A stretch of DNA of 64,000 nucleotides, taken from assembly GCF_009914755.1 (NCBI RefSeq), contig NC_060930.1; one strand, 5' to 3'. Under the pieces are notes generated by a model. That model saw nothing but the letters and a program-made list of their open reading frames with translations, searched no databases and had not been told where the DNA came from. A program made the translations under genes and the position numbers. The stretch's first letter is position 1. Each line of letters opens with the position of its first letter. Positions 1-12,999 of the stretch are shown here, piece by piece. Source of the DNA: the human T2T-CHM13v2.0 reference genome, Homo sapiens.

Positions 1-89
1 TTGTTTAGAAGAAAAAAGAACATGTGAACCTTGAAAGTTCTGCCCATATTAGGCATATGCCAGTCTTCTGCATAAATCCTTCAGTGAAT

Positions 90-400
90 TCCTGAATCTG
101 GAAGAAAAGCCAATGCTTCACCATGGCCTGATAGACCCTATGTGATCTGGTGCCAGTTATCAGTCTGATCTCGGCTCTCATTTGCTTTTCTCTTGTTCAC
201 TCTAGCTCAGCTAAGCTGGATTCCTTTGCAGTCCCAGAGAGCAAAGCTTAGTGCTTCTACATTTGCTATTACAGATGCCTGTATGGCTTCCTTTCTCCCT
301 TACAGCAATAGAAGCCTTTCCCCTAATTCTCCTAGTCAACTACTTACTTTTTAAAAATTCTCTTATCCTGATTTTTTTTCAAAACTCATCAATTGACATC
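90..400 (+). mobile_element. L2 LINE fragment, interrupted by Tigger1; 3' end continues at 3095-3235
   Basis: Degenerate L2 3' region motifs (ccatggcctgatagaccctatgtgatctgg ... acatttgctatt). Boundaries approximate. Confidence 0.55.
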
Positions 401-423
401 AGATATGTATATGTGTGTGTGGG

Positions 424-3073
424 TGTGTACACTTCAGAGATGTTACAGGTTTAGTTCCAGACTACCAAAATAAGGCAAATAGCACAATAAAGCAAGTTAT
501 ACACATTTTTTGGTTTCCCAGTGCATGTAAAAGTTATGTTTACACTATAGTCCATTAAATGTGCAATAACATTATGTCTAAAGAGCAACGTACATACCTT
601 AATTAAACATAATTTACTATTAAAAAATGCTAACAATAATTTGAGCCTTTGGCAAGTCAATCTTTTTGCTGGTGGAGAGTCTTGCCTTAATGTTGATGGC
701 TGCTGACCGATCAGGGTGGTGGTTGCTGAAAGTTGGGTGGCTATGACCATTTCTTAAAATAGAAAATAATAAAGTTTGATACAGCTACTGACCCTTCCTT
801 TCATGAAAAATTTCTCTGTAGCATATGACATTGTTTTGTCACAATTTACTCACAGTGGAATTTCTTTCAAAATTGGAGTCAATTCTCTCAAACTGTGCCA
901 CTCCTTTATCAACCAAGTTTATGTAATACTCTATATCTTGTGTTGTCATTTCAACGATGTTCACAGCATCTTCACCAGGAGTAAATTCCATCTCAAGAAA
1001 CCACTTTCTTTGCTCATCTCTAAGAAGCAACTTCTCATCCATTCAATTATCTTGAATGGATATCTCAATCCCTCTATTATCTTGAGACTGCAGCAATCCA
1101 GTCACATCTTGAGGCTCCGCTTTTAATTCTAGCTCTCTTGCTCTTTCTACGACATCTGAAGTTCCTTCTACCACTGATGACTTCAACCCCTCAAAGTCAT
1201 CAGGAAGGTTAGAATCAGCTTTCTCCAACTCCCTTTTAATCTTGATATTTTAACTTCTTCCCATAAATTGTGAATGTTAACAGCAGCTGTAGTCTTACAA
1301 AAACATTTCTTAAATAATAAGACTTGAAGGTTGAAATTATTCTTTGATCCAAAGAATTATTCCTTGATTCCTACAGAATAGATGTTGTATTAGCATGCAG
1401 GAAAACAACATTAATTTCCTTGCATATATCCATCAGAACTTTTGGGTAACTAGGTGCATTGTCAATTAGGAGTAATATTTTTAAAAAAATATTTATTCTG
1501 AGCAGTAGGTTTCAATAGTGAGCTTAAAATATTCAGTAAACCAGGCTGTAAACAGATATGCTGTCATCCAGGCTTTGTTTTTTCCATTTAGAGAGCACAG
1601 GCAGAATAGATTCAGCACAATTCTTAAGGGCCCTAGGATTTTCAAAATGATAAATGATCATTGGCTTCAACTTATTGCATTTGCCCCTAACAAGAGAGTC
1701 AGCATGTCCTTTGAAATTTGAAGCTAGGCATTGACTTCTCCTCTCTAGCTATTAAAGTCCTAAATGGCATCTTCTTCCAATACAAAGCGTTTTGTCTATA
1801 TTGAATATTTCTTGTTTAGTGTAGCCATGTTCATCAATTATCTTAGCTAGATCTTCCAGATAACTTGCTGCAGATTCCATGTCAACACTTGCGCCTTACC
1901 TTGCATTTTGATGTTATGGAGATAGCTTGTTTCTTTAAACTTCATAAACTAGAAAAAAAAAAAAAAGGAAAAAAAAGCCCTCATGAACAAACCTTTGCTA
2001 GCTTCAAACTTTTCTTCTACAGTTTCCTCACCCCTTTCAGCCCTCATAGAATTGAAGAGAGTTGGGGCCTTGCTCCGGATTAGGCTTAGGCTTAAAGGGA
2101 ATGTTGTGACTGGTTTGATCTTCTATCTGGACCACCTACATTTTCTCCATATCAGCAGTAAGACTGTTTCACTTCGTTATCATTTGTGTGTTCACTGGAG
2201 TAACACTTCTGTTTTCCTTCAGGGACTTTTCACTGCATTCACAACTTGGTTAACTAGTGCAAGAGGCCTAGCTATTATATCAGCCTATTTCAGCTTTCAA
2301 CATGACTTCATTAAGCTAATCATTTCTAGCTTGTGATTTAAAGTGAGAGACATATGACCCTTCCTTTCACTTAAACACATAGAGGAAATTGTAAGGTTAT
2401 TGACTGGCTTAATTTCAGTATTGCTGTGTCTCAGAAAATAGGGAGGCCCCCCAAAAAAAGAGAGAGATAGAGGAATGGCTGGTCAGTAGAGCAGTCAGAA
2501 AACACAGTATTAATAGGTGAAGTTTGCCATCATACATGGCATGGTTCATGGTGCTTCAAAATAATTACAATAGGCCAGGTGCAGTGGCTCGTACCTATAA
2601 TCCCAGCACTTTGTGAGGCTGAGGCGGGAGGATCACTTGAGGTCAGGAGTTCAAGACCAGCCTGGCCAAAATGGTGAAACCCAATCTCTACTAAAAATAC
2701 AAAAATTAGCTGGGCATGGTGGTGGGTTCCTGTAATCCCAGCTACTTGGGAGGCTGAGGCAGAAGAATCACTTGGAACTGGAAGATGGAAGTTGTAGCGA
2801 GCACAGATTGCACGACTGTGAGATTCTGTCTCAAAGAAAAAAAAAAACAATAGTAACATCAAAGATCAATGAACACAGATCACTATAACATATAATAACT
2901 ATGAAAATATCTGAAATACTGCACGAATTCCCAAAATGTGACACAGAGACATGAAATGAGCATGTGCTGTTGGGAAGCTGGTGCTGATAAACTTGAATGC
3001 TATAGGGTTGCAGCAAACCTTTAATTTGCAAAACCACAATATCTGCAAAGTGCAATGAAATGATGTACGCCTG
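424..3073 (-). mobile_element. Tigger1 (TcMar/pogo DNA transposon), near full length, decayed
   Basis: Left end matches the reverse complement of the Tigger1 3' terminus (agagatgttacaggtttagttccagactacc); right end ...gatgtacgcctg at 3073. Minus-strand ORF fragments 839-1042 ([19 protein letters not shown]...) and 1043-1228 resemble Tigger1 transposase. Confidence 0.93.
2573..2846 (+). mobile_element. AluS (Sx-like) inserted in Tigger1
   Basis: GGCCAGGTGCAGTGGCTC start, dimeric structure, A tail, TSD ACAATA (2567-2572 / 2847-2852); short deletion in the right arm. Confidence 0.95.
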
Positions 3074-3094
3074 TGTATATATGTAGATAGAGAG

Positions 3095-3235
3095 ATTTAC
3101 TGTTTGTCTCCTCACACTATCATAAAAATCCATAAGATTAAGGCCTTTGTTCATTGATAAATTATTCCAAGTGCCTAGAAGAATGCACAGCTAGGAGTAG
3201 CTACCAATATGTTTGTTGAAGGAATCAATCAATAA
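3095..3235 (+). mobile_element. L2 3' terminus
   Basis: ccaagtgcctagaagaatgcacag ... aatatgtttgttgaaggaatcaat matches the L2 3' end. Confidence 0.65.
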
Positions 3236-5719
3236 GAATTGTTCTGCCACTCATAACTTGACTAAGTCCACAATTTTCAGAACCTATTTTCCAGCCACTG
3301 AAGACTCCTCTAGCCAGGGGTAATTAGGTCAGTAAAGACAGTTTCCCACTCTCTTGCCTTCCTCCTTTCTGTTCTCCTGATCTAAGGAGTAGGATGGGGC
3401 GAAAGGAGCAATAATGCCACATACATTAAGGAGGTTCAGGTCTCTGCATCATTTTACTTTTGATTCTATTTGCTACTAGCCTGTGGGTAAAAGAATCAGC
3501 TGCAAAGAAAATAATAATAATAATAAAAGTAATTGGTGCTTTGTAATTCTGTCCTGAACCCGTACACTTACTTCTTCTCCAGGGCAGATTCTAGCCCTTT
3601 TCAGTCACCACTTGGGCTGCTATGTCTCTCCATGATCCAACATGTGGGCCAAAATCCCAAATTATGACAAAACCCATCAATCATGCTTGTTAGAGGCCAC
3701 AAATTCAATTCCTCATTGTTACATTCAGTGAGGTAGTTACTTTAGATTTTACTCATATTGCAGTATGTTCCTTCAGTACTAAATAAAACTCAGATAAGCG
3801 TTATGGGCTAGGTTAATCACATCAGAATTACAACTGCCCTCTAATTCTGACCCTTTAATAACTGAACAAAGTCTGGGTAACTTGACTTCGTCTTCTCCAA
3901 GGTTTCTTAGTCCCATATATCAGAAGATCTCTGAGACTATTTTGTCAATCTGATTTCCAAGACAGAACCACACAGCTCTGAATATTAAAGTTAGAACAGT
4001 GAATTGTCAAGCAAGGACTCTTCCTGCAGGGATATGTCGAAATGTCTTGAATCCTCAATGATTCGCTGGGAAAATATCAGAAACACACAGAAATCATTTC
4101 GACTAGTTAGAGTCACCAGTGGAATAGGGTTCCACTAAAGGAAAAGTTCATCTCAGAAAATGTAATCAGCATATTTAAGAAATGTTTGGTTTGGGTTAGA
4201 TGAAATCTCTGATTAACCAAGGAATTCAAGCCATGAGAACTCCCAAAGATAAAATAAAACTCTATCTTGTTTTAACCCATGTCTTCCAAACATAGTTGAC
4301 CACAAAACACTTTTTTTCTTTCACACATGGGAAATACCAAGTTAGGCTATTTTCTTGGCTTTGTAGGGACACCAAAAATAATGTAATCATCCTTCGATGA
4401 CTAAGGAAAATATGGCTGTAGAGTCATCATTTGTAGGTATTGATAATTATACAATTATACAGCTATACATTTTAAAGTGTGGGAGAATGAACAGAATCCA
4501 TAATAATCTCAGGGCATGCTATGAAAGCTACTTTTTAAAATAAACACTTAAAATCAATTTTCATTTTGAGGTCTTGCCGATTCTCTTAAAATTCAATCAC
4601 AACAGTAATGATTTAGAATAGGCTAGATTCTAGTTAACCAAGATTGTACTTTCAATGGTATCTTAGCATCTTGCCACATTACATGTAAACAGGTGTGTTA
4701 ATTCATATACAGAATAACACCCATTTTTTAGAATAAGGATTCTGACATCTATAAATCTATAAAGTATATTTATAGATCTCCAAGGGAAGGCTGCCATAAT
4801 GTAAGAAAAAGTCTAAGACAAATATTCGTAAAGGGAAACACTATAGCCTATAGATATTGTATCGGTACTTATTTCAAAAGTAGTCAGTTAGACAGTAACA
4901 ACTGGACATTGCTGACTTTGCTGGTATATCCTGGCAGAAAGTTAAACTGTCTCCCTCTAAAACTACCTATCTTCACACAAGCTTAGCCTCTTGATTCTTC
5001 TCCATAGGGTTCAGAAACGCTATTTCTGAAAACTCGATGTATGTCCCTGGAGCCACTTTCATTGAAGCTTGCACACTTGAATGCTACTGACTGATCTAAT
5101 TTTGTAAAGTGGATAAACTCCAGAGGGATGTGATAGATGTTGTTCATTACACATAGGTAGGTTTGGGCAAAAATCATTGATTTTGAAATGCCAAGATTTT
5201 TTTCCTGGTACCCCAAGGAAGTCTTCTAGAACCAATAGAAAACTTGTAGACAGAAATACAAGTAAAAGAGTCCACCCATTTGTATGCAGAGGCTCGGAGC
5301 CAAATTTTCAATTCCCCTTTAATAATTATATAGGATTTTCTGGTATTCATTTTGATTATTAACTTTAATTCATTTATTATTATCTTTTTGCCATTACATA
5401 GATCTGCTTACTTGTTCTGTTCTATCATATTCTATGTGCATAATATCAATCTTTTCATATCATTTAATATATGATTAGGGGACAAAACTACTCCTGATCA
5501 CAAAAGGCCCTGCTCTATTTTGATTGTTCTATATTCAAGTAACAGGGAAGTGCTTTAAAATAAGTACTTACAAAATCCTTATGATGCATTCCATAAAAAA
5601 TTTACAAGAATCATCTCTGTTTTAAATGACTTGTATTCTCTTTTGGGTGCATAATATACTTCTATAGATCCAGCTCAACACACATTTCTTATCAATTACT
5701 GTAGTAGGCAATGAGGGAG

Positions 5720-5945
5720 ATAAACATTTGCTAAGCTTGTCATGTATATCGGGTACTTAACATGCTTATTTTCATTTAGTTTTCAAAACAACCCCTGGAG
5801 ATAAATAATATGGTTTTCATTTTTAAAATTAGGAAACTGAATCAGAGAAGTTAAATAATTTACAAAATCACTGAGCTCAGTTTCTAGTTATAAACAACTG
5901 GGATGGAAACTGTGTGAACTCCACAGCTCAAGCTCTTTCTCTTAA
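5720..5945 (-). mobile_element. MIR
   Basis: Core motif catttttaaaattaggaaactgaatcagagaagttaaataattt. Confidence 0.6.
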
Positions 5946-6264
5946 ATTCACTGACAGTGTGGGCCAGTATACTAGGGACAGACTTCATGGAAAGAAGTGG
6001 GATTTGAGCTGAACTTTAAAAAATGAATGACATTCAGATAGGTGGGAAAAAGTCAAGAGGACTAAAAGTAAGGAGATGTATATGGGCAGAGTCATAGAGA
6101 TGGAATAAGCATAGCACATGTGGTGATCACGAGGAAGTTCCTCTTTGCGCAGAGAAGATTCAATTTTGGACTCAACGTAATGGGGACTTATGATTCTAGG
6201 ATTAATTTAATGTTATGTTAATACACCACCAATCATAGATGACAGAGAAGAAACAGCAAATTGA

Positions 6265-6510
6265 TGATAATAATAATAGTTGTGATTACTCACTGAGTAC
6301 ACATTCTTTAACAAGTAGTACACCAGGCACGTGCACCATTTTATGTAATCTTCACAACAGTGGAAAAGGGAGTACTATTACACGTACTTTATAGTTGAGA
6401 AAACTAAAATTTAAAAATTAACAACTTAATCAGGGTCACATGGAGAGCAAGTCACTAAGCTGACCTGTCCCATAGGATGATCTCACAGTGTGAGTTGACT
6501 TTCCAGAGCT
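6265..6510 (-). mobile_element. MIR
   Basis: aatcttcacaacag ... actttatagttgagaaaactaa ... agggtcacatgg. Confidence 0.55.
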
Positions 6511-6663
6511 ACATCAAAGAGATGGAGCCAGACACAAGTGAAATTCCAGTTGTCAAAATATGGTGGGGTTGCAGAAATAGTAAATAACACTCATGAAGAG
6601 AATTTAGAGAACTTTGGCAATTTCATAGTAAGTAAAATTTAATGTCTTTTATACATTAAGAAA

Positions 6664-6876
6664 GGAACACATGGACATAGGAAGGGGAACATCACACCCT
6701 GGGGACTGTTGTGGGGTGGGGGGAGGGGGGAGGGATGGCATTAGGAGATATACCTAATGCTAAATGACGAGTTGATGGGTGCAGCACACCAGCATGGCAC
6801 ATGCATACATATGTACCTAACCTGCACATTGTGCACATGTACCCTAAAACTTAAAGTATAATAATAATAATAAAAA
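6664..6876 (+). mobile_element. L1PA (PA2/PA3-like) 3' end, short copy
   Basis: gaacacatggac...G-rich tract...gtaccctaaaacttaaagtataataat plus A tail. Confidence 0.93.
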
Positions 6877-7276
6877 AAGAAAATGTGGCACATATACACC
6901 ATGGAATACTATGCAGCCATAAAAAATGATGAGTTCATGTCCTTTGTAGGGACACAGATGAAATTGGAAATCATCATTCTCAGTAAACTATTGCAAGGAC
7001 AAAAAACCAAACACCGCATGTTCTCACTCATAGGTGGGAATTGACCAAGGAGAACACATGGACACAGGAAGGGGAACATCACACCCTGGGGACTGTTGTG
7101 GGGTGGGGGGAGGGGGAAGGGATAGCATTAGGAGATATACCTAATGCTAAATGACGAGTTAGTGGGTGCAGCACACCAGCATGGCACATGTATACATATG
7201 TAACTAACCTGCACATTGTGCACATGTACCCTAAAACTTAAAGTATAATAATAATAAAATAAAATTTAAAAAAAAA
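6877..7276 (+). mobile_element. L1PA (PA2/PA3-like) 3' end, longer copy
   Basis: aagaaaatgtggcacatatacaccatggaatactatgcagcc (end of ORF2) through the 3' UTR and A tail. Confidence 0.95.
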
Positions 7277-7286
7277 AAGAAAATTG

Positions 7287-7594
7287 GACCAGGTGTGGTG
7301 GCTCACACCTGTAATCCCAGCACTTTGGGAGGCTGAGGTGGGTGGATCATCTGAGGTCGGGAGTTTGAGACCAGCCTGACCAACATGGAGAAACCCCATT
7401 TCTACTAAAAATACAAACTTAGCTGGGCATGGTGGCACATGCCTGTAATCCCAGCTACTCAGGAGGCTGAGGCAGCAGGATCACTCGAACCCGGGAGGCA
7501 GAGGTTGTGGTGAGCTGAGCTCGCGCCATTGCACTCCAGCCTCAGCAATGAGTGAAACTCCACCTCAAAGAAAAAAAAAAAAAAAAAGAAAAGA
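7287..7594 (+). mobile_element. AluS (Sp-like)
   Basis: Full dimer with ctgaccaacatggagaaaccc diagnostic; TSD aagaaaattg (7277-7286) / aagaaaactg (7595-7604). Confidence 0.95.
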
Positions 7595-8370
7595 AAGAAA
7601 ACTGAGGTCTAAAAAGGTTAATTGTCCATACCATAGGTCAAACCAGGAACTTAATACTATTTGCTGCCAATCGACTATTGTTTCCCTTATCTTAATGCTG
7701 AATTAAAATACTAGTTTGGAAATATTGCCTCCCTCACCTTCCCTCACTTATTTTTGCTGTTTTGGCAAAAATTACAGAGTTCAACAAAGTTGTGGGTATC
7801 TCTTGCAAATTCCATGTAAATTCCAACACAGATGTGTTGCCTGTTACTATCAAATTAATATATTTTGTGACTGTGTTTATTAAATAAATCACAGTAAAAT
7901 TTTGATGTCTTTTCTCCAGAAAGATATATTACACAGATTGTAACGTTGAGATATATTTTGCTAGTTTGATGTTTAATATTTTAAATGAAAAAATTGTGAG
8001 AACTACCTAGTGAATTTGCTTCAAGTGGGAAAACCAAATTATGGTTGGATGATGTGATTAATAATAACATCTGGGCCAGGAGAGGAAATTACTACTGTCA
8101 CAGCACCTCTCCTCTTTGAAATAGAAATCCAATGGCAGAAATTCTTATTAGTCAATTTCCCCCAAAAGCAGGGATCCAGGCAGCTATTTGGAAAATAAAA
8201 TGAAATATAAGCTAATAAAAATAAAAAGAGATATCTCACAAACAAATGGGTAAAACTAGTATGGGTTAATATCTGAATATTTAAATACTGTTTAGGGAAT
8301 AGAAAAGCAAAATAAAGAGAAGGAGAAAGTGTGGAGAGAAAAAGAAAAAATATATATATATAGGTCAATC

Positions 8371-8761
8371 TGCTACAGTTTCAGTGAATGAGTCCCTCCA
8401 AAATTCGTACGATGGAAACTTACAACCCAAGGTGATGGTATTAAGAGGTGGGGCCTTTGGGAGTGATTTAGTTGTGAAGGCTCTGCCACTGTGAATGAAT
8501 AAAGGGCTGAGGGGAAGTCGCTAGGCCTTTTTGCCCTTTCCCTTCCTCCATGTGAGGACAGGGCAACAAGCCGCCATCTTGGAAGCAGAGATGGGGCCCT
8601 CGCCAGACATCAAACCTGATGGCACTTTGATCTTGGACTTTCAGTTTCCAGAATTGTGAGAAATAAATTTTTATTTATTATTAATTTCTGTTCTTTATTA
8701 ATTCTTCATTAATTACCCAGTCTCAGATATTTTGTTATAGAAGCAGGAATGGACTAATACA
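8371..8761 (+). mobile_element. MaLR solo LTR (MSTD/MLT1A-like)
   Basis: TG...CA termini (tgctacag ... ggactaataca), gccatcttggaagcagag, near-TSD caatc/taatc. Confidence 0.85.
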
Positions 8762-10129
8762 TAATCCAAATATCATTTTACCCTGTACCCTTCATGATAT
8801 TCATTTTTAGGTGTGCCACAGTTCTTTCTTCTAGAAAAGTACTTTTTATACATATTATCTTGGAATAATTACCAATAACATCCATTTTAACTCTGCAGAG
8901 TTCATCAATTTGGTTTATGAGTTACGTGCTCACCCTCCTTATTTTGCATGAACTCCAGTGAAACATAAAATAGATATAGAAAGCACTTGGAATTTCAAAG
9001 GAGTCCAATCACCATCCCTGCCATAGAGAGAGAAAAATGTAATTAGGAAGGATGAAGATGACAGCAAATCTCTAGTCCTCACAGGTCATTTCAATGGTAA
9101 AATTGAGGAACAGTACACCTATCAGTTTCATTGCCACAATTTCTTAATTGCCATCATAATTTGAGGGGAAATGTTTTGAGTTCATAATGTTAGAAATAAG
9201 TAATTTTCATACTTCTATTTTAAGAACAAGAAAATATTATACAATTTTGGTCATTTTACTAGGGTGGGGAAAATCCGTGCTAAAAAGGTAACAATTGGGC
9301 CTTTTTTACATTTTCTAGGGAAAAGAAAGTGGTCGATTTAGGAAAGTGGATGTGGATTCAGGAAGGCATGAGACTAGGGAAAAAGAAAAAGCTGAGGTAA
9401 AAAGGCAGAGACCGCAGATTAGGACCTAAAGTAAGAATTATGTAAAAATATATGACACAAACCAAAGGGGCTATTTTAAATGTTTTACCAAATCTGTAGA
9501 GTAAGTCCAGACATTATTATATTCTATCATATCATATTAATTATATTTTATATTACATTTATTATCTTAAATTATATTGTACTCTGACTGGATTATTGAC
9601 CATGAGATCTCTTCTAGGAATCTTCTAAAAAGAGCTGCACCCTTGGACAAGCAGAATAATAGTGGATGTTGTGAAGGAAGGTTGTTGAAGAAGAAAGAAA
9701 AAGCCATGAGGAGCAGTTTTTTAATATGAATACCATTTTTTTAATGAGGAGGGGAGAGGTGGTGGCTGTGAAAAATGACCCCAAACAAGCCAACAAACTG
9801 AGAAACAGCTGGGGCAGTCCCATTTCAGAATAGCCCTAAAGGTGCTGTTTAATTACAGATCATTATGCAAATACATTCTAACTAAAAGGAGCTTAACATT
9901 TCAGTTTCTCTCATGTTAACCACACCAAATGGTGGGCACAGCTGGAAGGTGACTGTCATCCAGGAGACAGCCTTTTACTTAGTCTTTAAATACTACCACA
10001 GAGGATTGCTCAAGTAACAATTATTAGCCACCACTCTAGAAAATTCCTAGACAGAAGTAGATAGATTTTGATCTTTCTACCTCCTGCACTATATCCTAGG
10101 GGCCTAATAAAATACCTTAGAAAGCCAAC

Positions 10130-10360
10130 TAGTAGAATACTTAAGAGCATGAGCTTCAGAGATAGAGACCTAAGCTCTAATTTCTCCTCTGCTGAATTCT
10201 GGCAATCTGATTTTGTCTAACATAGCACAAATTCTCAGATTTTATCTCCCCGTTTATGAAATAATTCTAAGGTCATTGTGAATATGAACTAAATATAGAT
10301 AAGACCCTTAACCCAACGCCTATATATAATAAACACTCAAGAAATGATAGCTATTAGTTT
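10130..10360 (+). mobile_element. MIR
   Basis: ttaagagcatgagcttcagag ... aaacactcaagaaatgatagctatta. Confidence 0.55.
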
Positions 10361-10459
10361 GAAAACAATCTTTAATGCTGGTACTTTATTACATCAGAGT
10401 AATTTCATATTGCACTTGGGAAATATCCAAACCCTCAATGAGTTGTCCCTTTATGCCTG

Positions 10460-10910
10460 TCACCTCACATGACTACCATTCCAGCCCCATCTCTGGCCAC
10501 TCTTTCCCTCAATGAGCCATGCTGGTTTTCTTCCTGTTTCTTAAGTATAATAAATTCTTTCCCCATTTCAGGGTCTTCGCCCTGTCCTATTCTTCTCAGG
10601 CCGAGTCCTTGGCCATTCTTTCTGGAGAGGTCATACCCATCCTTCAATTCTTATCTACATGTCACTTTCCCAAAGAGGTTTGGGTTTCCCTCACTGCAGC
10701 CTCTCATTACACATCATAGTTCTTCTTCATGGCATTCATCAATTTGTAAAAATACATATAATATTTTATTAGAATTGGCTTTTCAACATACACCTCTCCT
10801 GCAAACCTCTAAGTTCCAATAAATCCAGGACTTTGCCCTTCTACGCACCACTGCATCCCCAGTGCTGAAACAGTACCTGGCATACAGTATGGCCTTTACA
10901 AGTGTTTGCT
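10460..10910 (+). mobile_element. L2
   Basis: tcagggtcttcgccctgtcctattctt ... ccccagtgctgaaacagtacctggcatacagt. Confidence 0.65.
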
Positions 10911-11886
10911 ACCTCAGCAAGCTGACTGACCCAGGTTGCTGAAGCATCATGCAGGGAAACATTTAGTTCTAGCTTTTGTGGTGTGAAAGAGTCACTACAG
11001 TTTCCAAGTGCCTGAGTAGATTATGCAGGCTCAGAAAAAAACAAAGTAGATTTAATTGTGTTTCAGACAAAGCACACTCCAGGTATCCAATTATTAAGAC
11101 TTCAGGTATTGTTGCTTTTGTGTGTTTAAAAAATTTAGCAATTTTATTATCTTACTAATCAAAAAATACCACAAATATTTTTATGTTTATATACTTTACA
11201 CAATAGTTTCTCTGCTTAAATATGTATATGTCAGTGTGTGTGTGTGTGTGTAAAGAGAGTGTGTACATATAAAGCTCTTATTAAGTCACCAAAATAAATA
11301 AGAAAGTTGGCAGTTTCCATCACATTTATTTTTCTCTGAAGAGTATAAAACATCTCCCTTCTGTCCTATTCTGTTCAAAGCACACTGTGGCTCTGCATAA
11401 ACATTTTATTTAATCAGCATTAGAGTTGTATGACACGTACCAAGCTATAATGCACTTTTATATAGCTTCATTTTCTTTGTTTCATATAAATGGTCCATGT
11501 GGAAGAGAGTGTTCTTACTTTTCATTACCAAATGCCATGTATATTGTAATAAAGAACACAATCTTGAACACATTTCCAGAGGGAACCTCTCATTTTATTT
11601 TTTTCTCTTGCTTAGTTCATCAAAATTGTAGACCCAGCTGAAAAGTGTCAGTGATTTTCATTCTAATTCATTAACAATGGCAAATCAAGACCAGAGCAAG
11701 ATAGTATTCCTTTAAATCCAGCAGCAGAACCTTTCCCAGGGGGCAGAATTGGTGGGGTGGTAGGGAAGGCAGAGAAGGTACTCTCACAGCCTATCCTTAG
11801 GCATGTTCAAAATGCAGCAGAAATCACGCAGAAGTGGTGAATAATATTGAGGATAGAGAAGCAGTTCAGAAAAGGAATTTAAAGGG

Positions 11887-12110
11887 CAACCTGGGTAATA
11901 CAGTGAGACACCGTCTCTACAAAGGTAAAAAAAAAAAAAAATTAGCTGGGCATGGTGGCACGTGCCTGCAGTCCCAGCACTCAGGAGGCTGAGTTGGGAG
12001 GATAGCTTGGTCTAGGAGGCAGAGGTTTGCAGAGAGCTGTGGTCATGCCACTGCACTCCAGCCTGGGCCACATAGTGAGACCCTGTCTCAAAAACAAACA
12101 AACAACAAAC
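11887..12110 (+). mobile_element. AluJ, 5'-truncated
   Basis: End of left arm plus full right arm, (CAAA)n tail, flanking taaaggg repeats. Confidence 0.9.
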
Positions 12111-12504
12111 TAAAGGGATCACATCATTTCAAGATGTTGTGATAGCATTAATGATTGAGGATTGTTTCAAATGCTGGATAAGTACCCAGAGCACCCATCC
12201 ATGAGGTTACTTTCAATCCTTGTCAAAACTGAGAAGCAAAAGATTGTACTTGGTACTCCCCCCCGCCATACCAATACAGTAAACTAAACCCTCCAATGAA
12301 AACAATTCTCAAAATGCTTTATTTATCCTAAATAAATTTAACAGCAAATGGACTAGCAGGGAAAGTGTTACTAGATGTTACTGGTTTACCACTTCTATCT
12401 CTACTGTATTGCTTGACTCCTACCACTGTTCCTAGGACTACTACTACTAGTACTACAACCACTATGTAGTTAGTGCTATGTCTAAAAAGGGTGCTTAATA
12501 AGTC

Positions 12505-12565
12505 ATAGATAGATAGTAGGTAGGTAGATAGATGAATAGATGGATAGATAGATAGATATCACACT

Positions 12566-12602
<37 letters not shown>
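12505..12602. repeat. Compound microsatellite (TAGA)n/(TAGG)n then (TG)n
   Basis: Directly visible simple repeats. Confidence 0.95.
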
Positions 12603-12606
<4 letters not shown>

Positions 12607-12999
12607 ATAACAAACTTAATATGTTTCATTTCCACTTTGGAAGTGATTACATTTCTTAATAGATGCCTTACTAAGGCATCTATTAAGGCAAGAAAATAGA
12701 TTGCCTGTGTCCAAAAACAGGACCAACATATTCTGGCTCCAAATCCACTTCTCTTTTTCTATTTTAACTAATCCCCTTCTTGATGAAATGGGAGAAAGTG
12801 ATGAAACAATATACTTTCCCCTAACCAAATCCCTATAAAAGCACAAATTCAAATAGTTCAAAATTTCCTCTTTATTCCCTATTCTAAAATGGCAAAAATA
12901 AATGTCAGCTTGAGAATTGTGTTTCATGATATATTTTTGGCCCTAGCCATATAACAAGGTTAATAGACATAATCAATAAGAAATTATTTTTCAGTTCGG

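Noticed and set aside
4983-5216. 77-aa minus-strand ORF in unique sequence
   Set aside because: Non-ATG start, no recognisable homology, and a length expected by chance.
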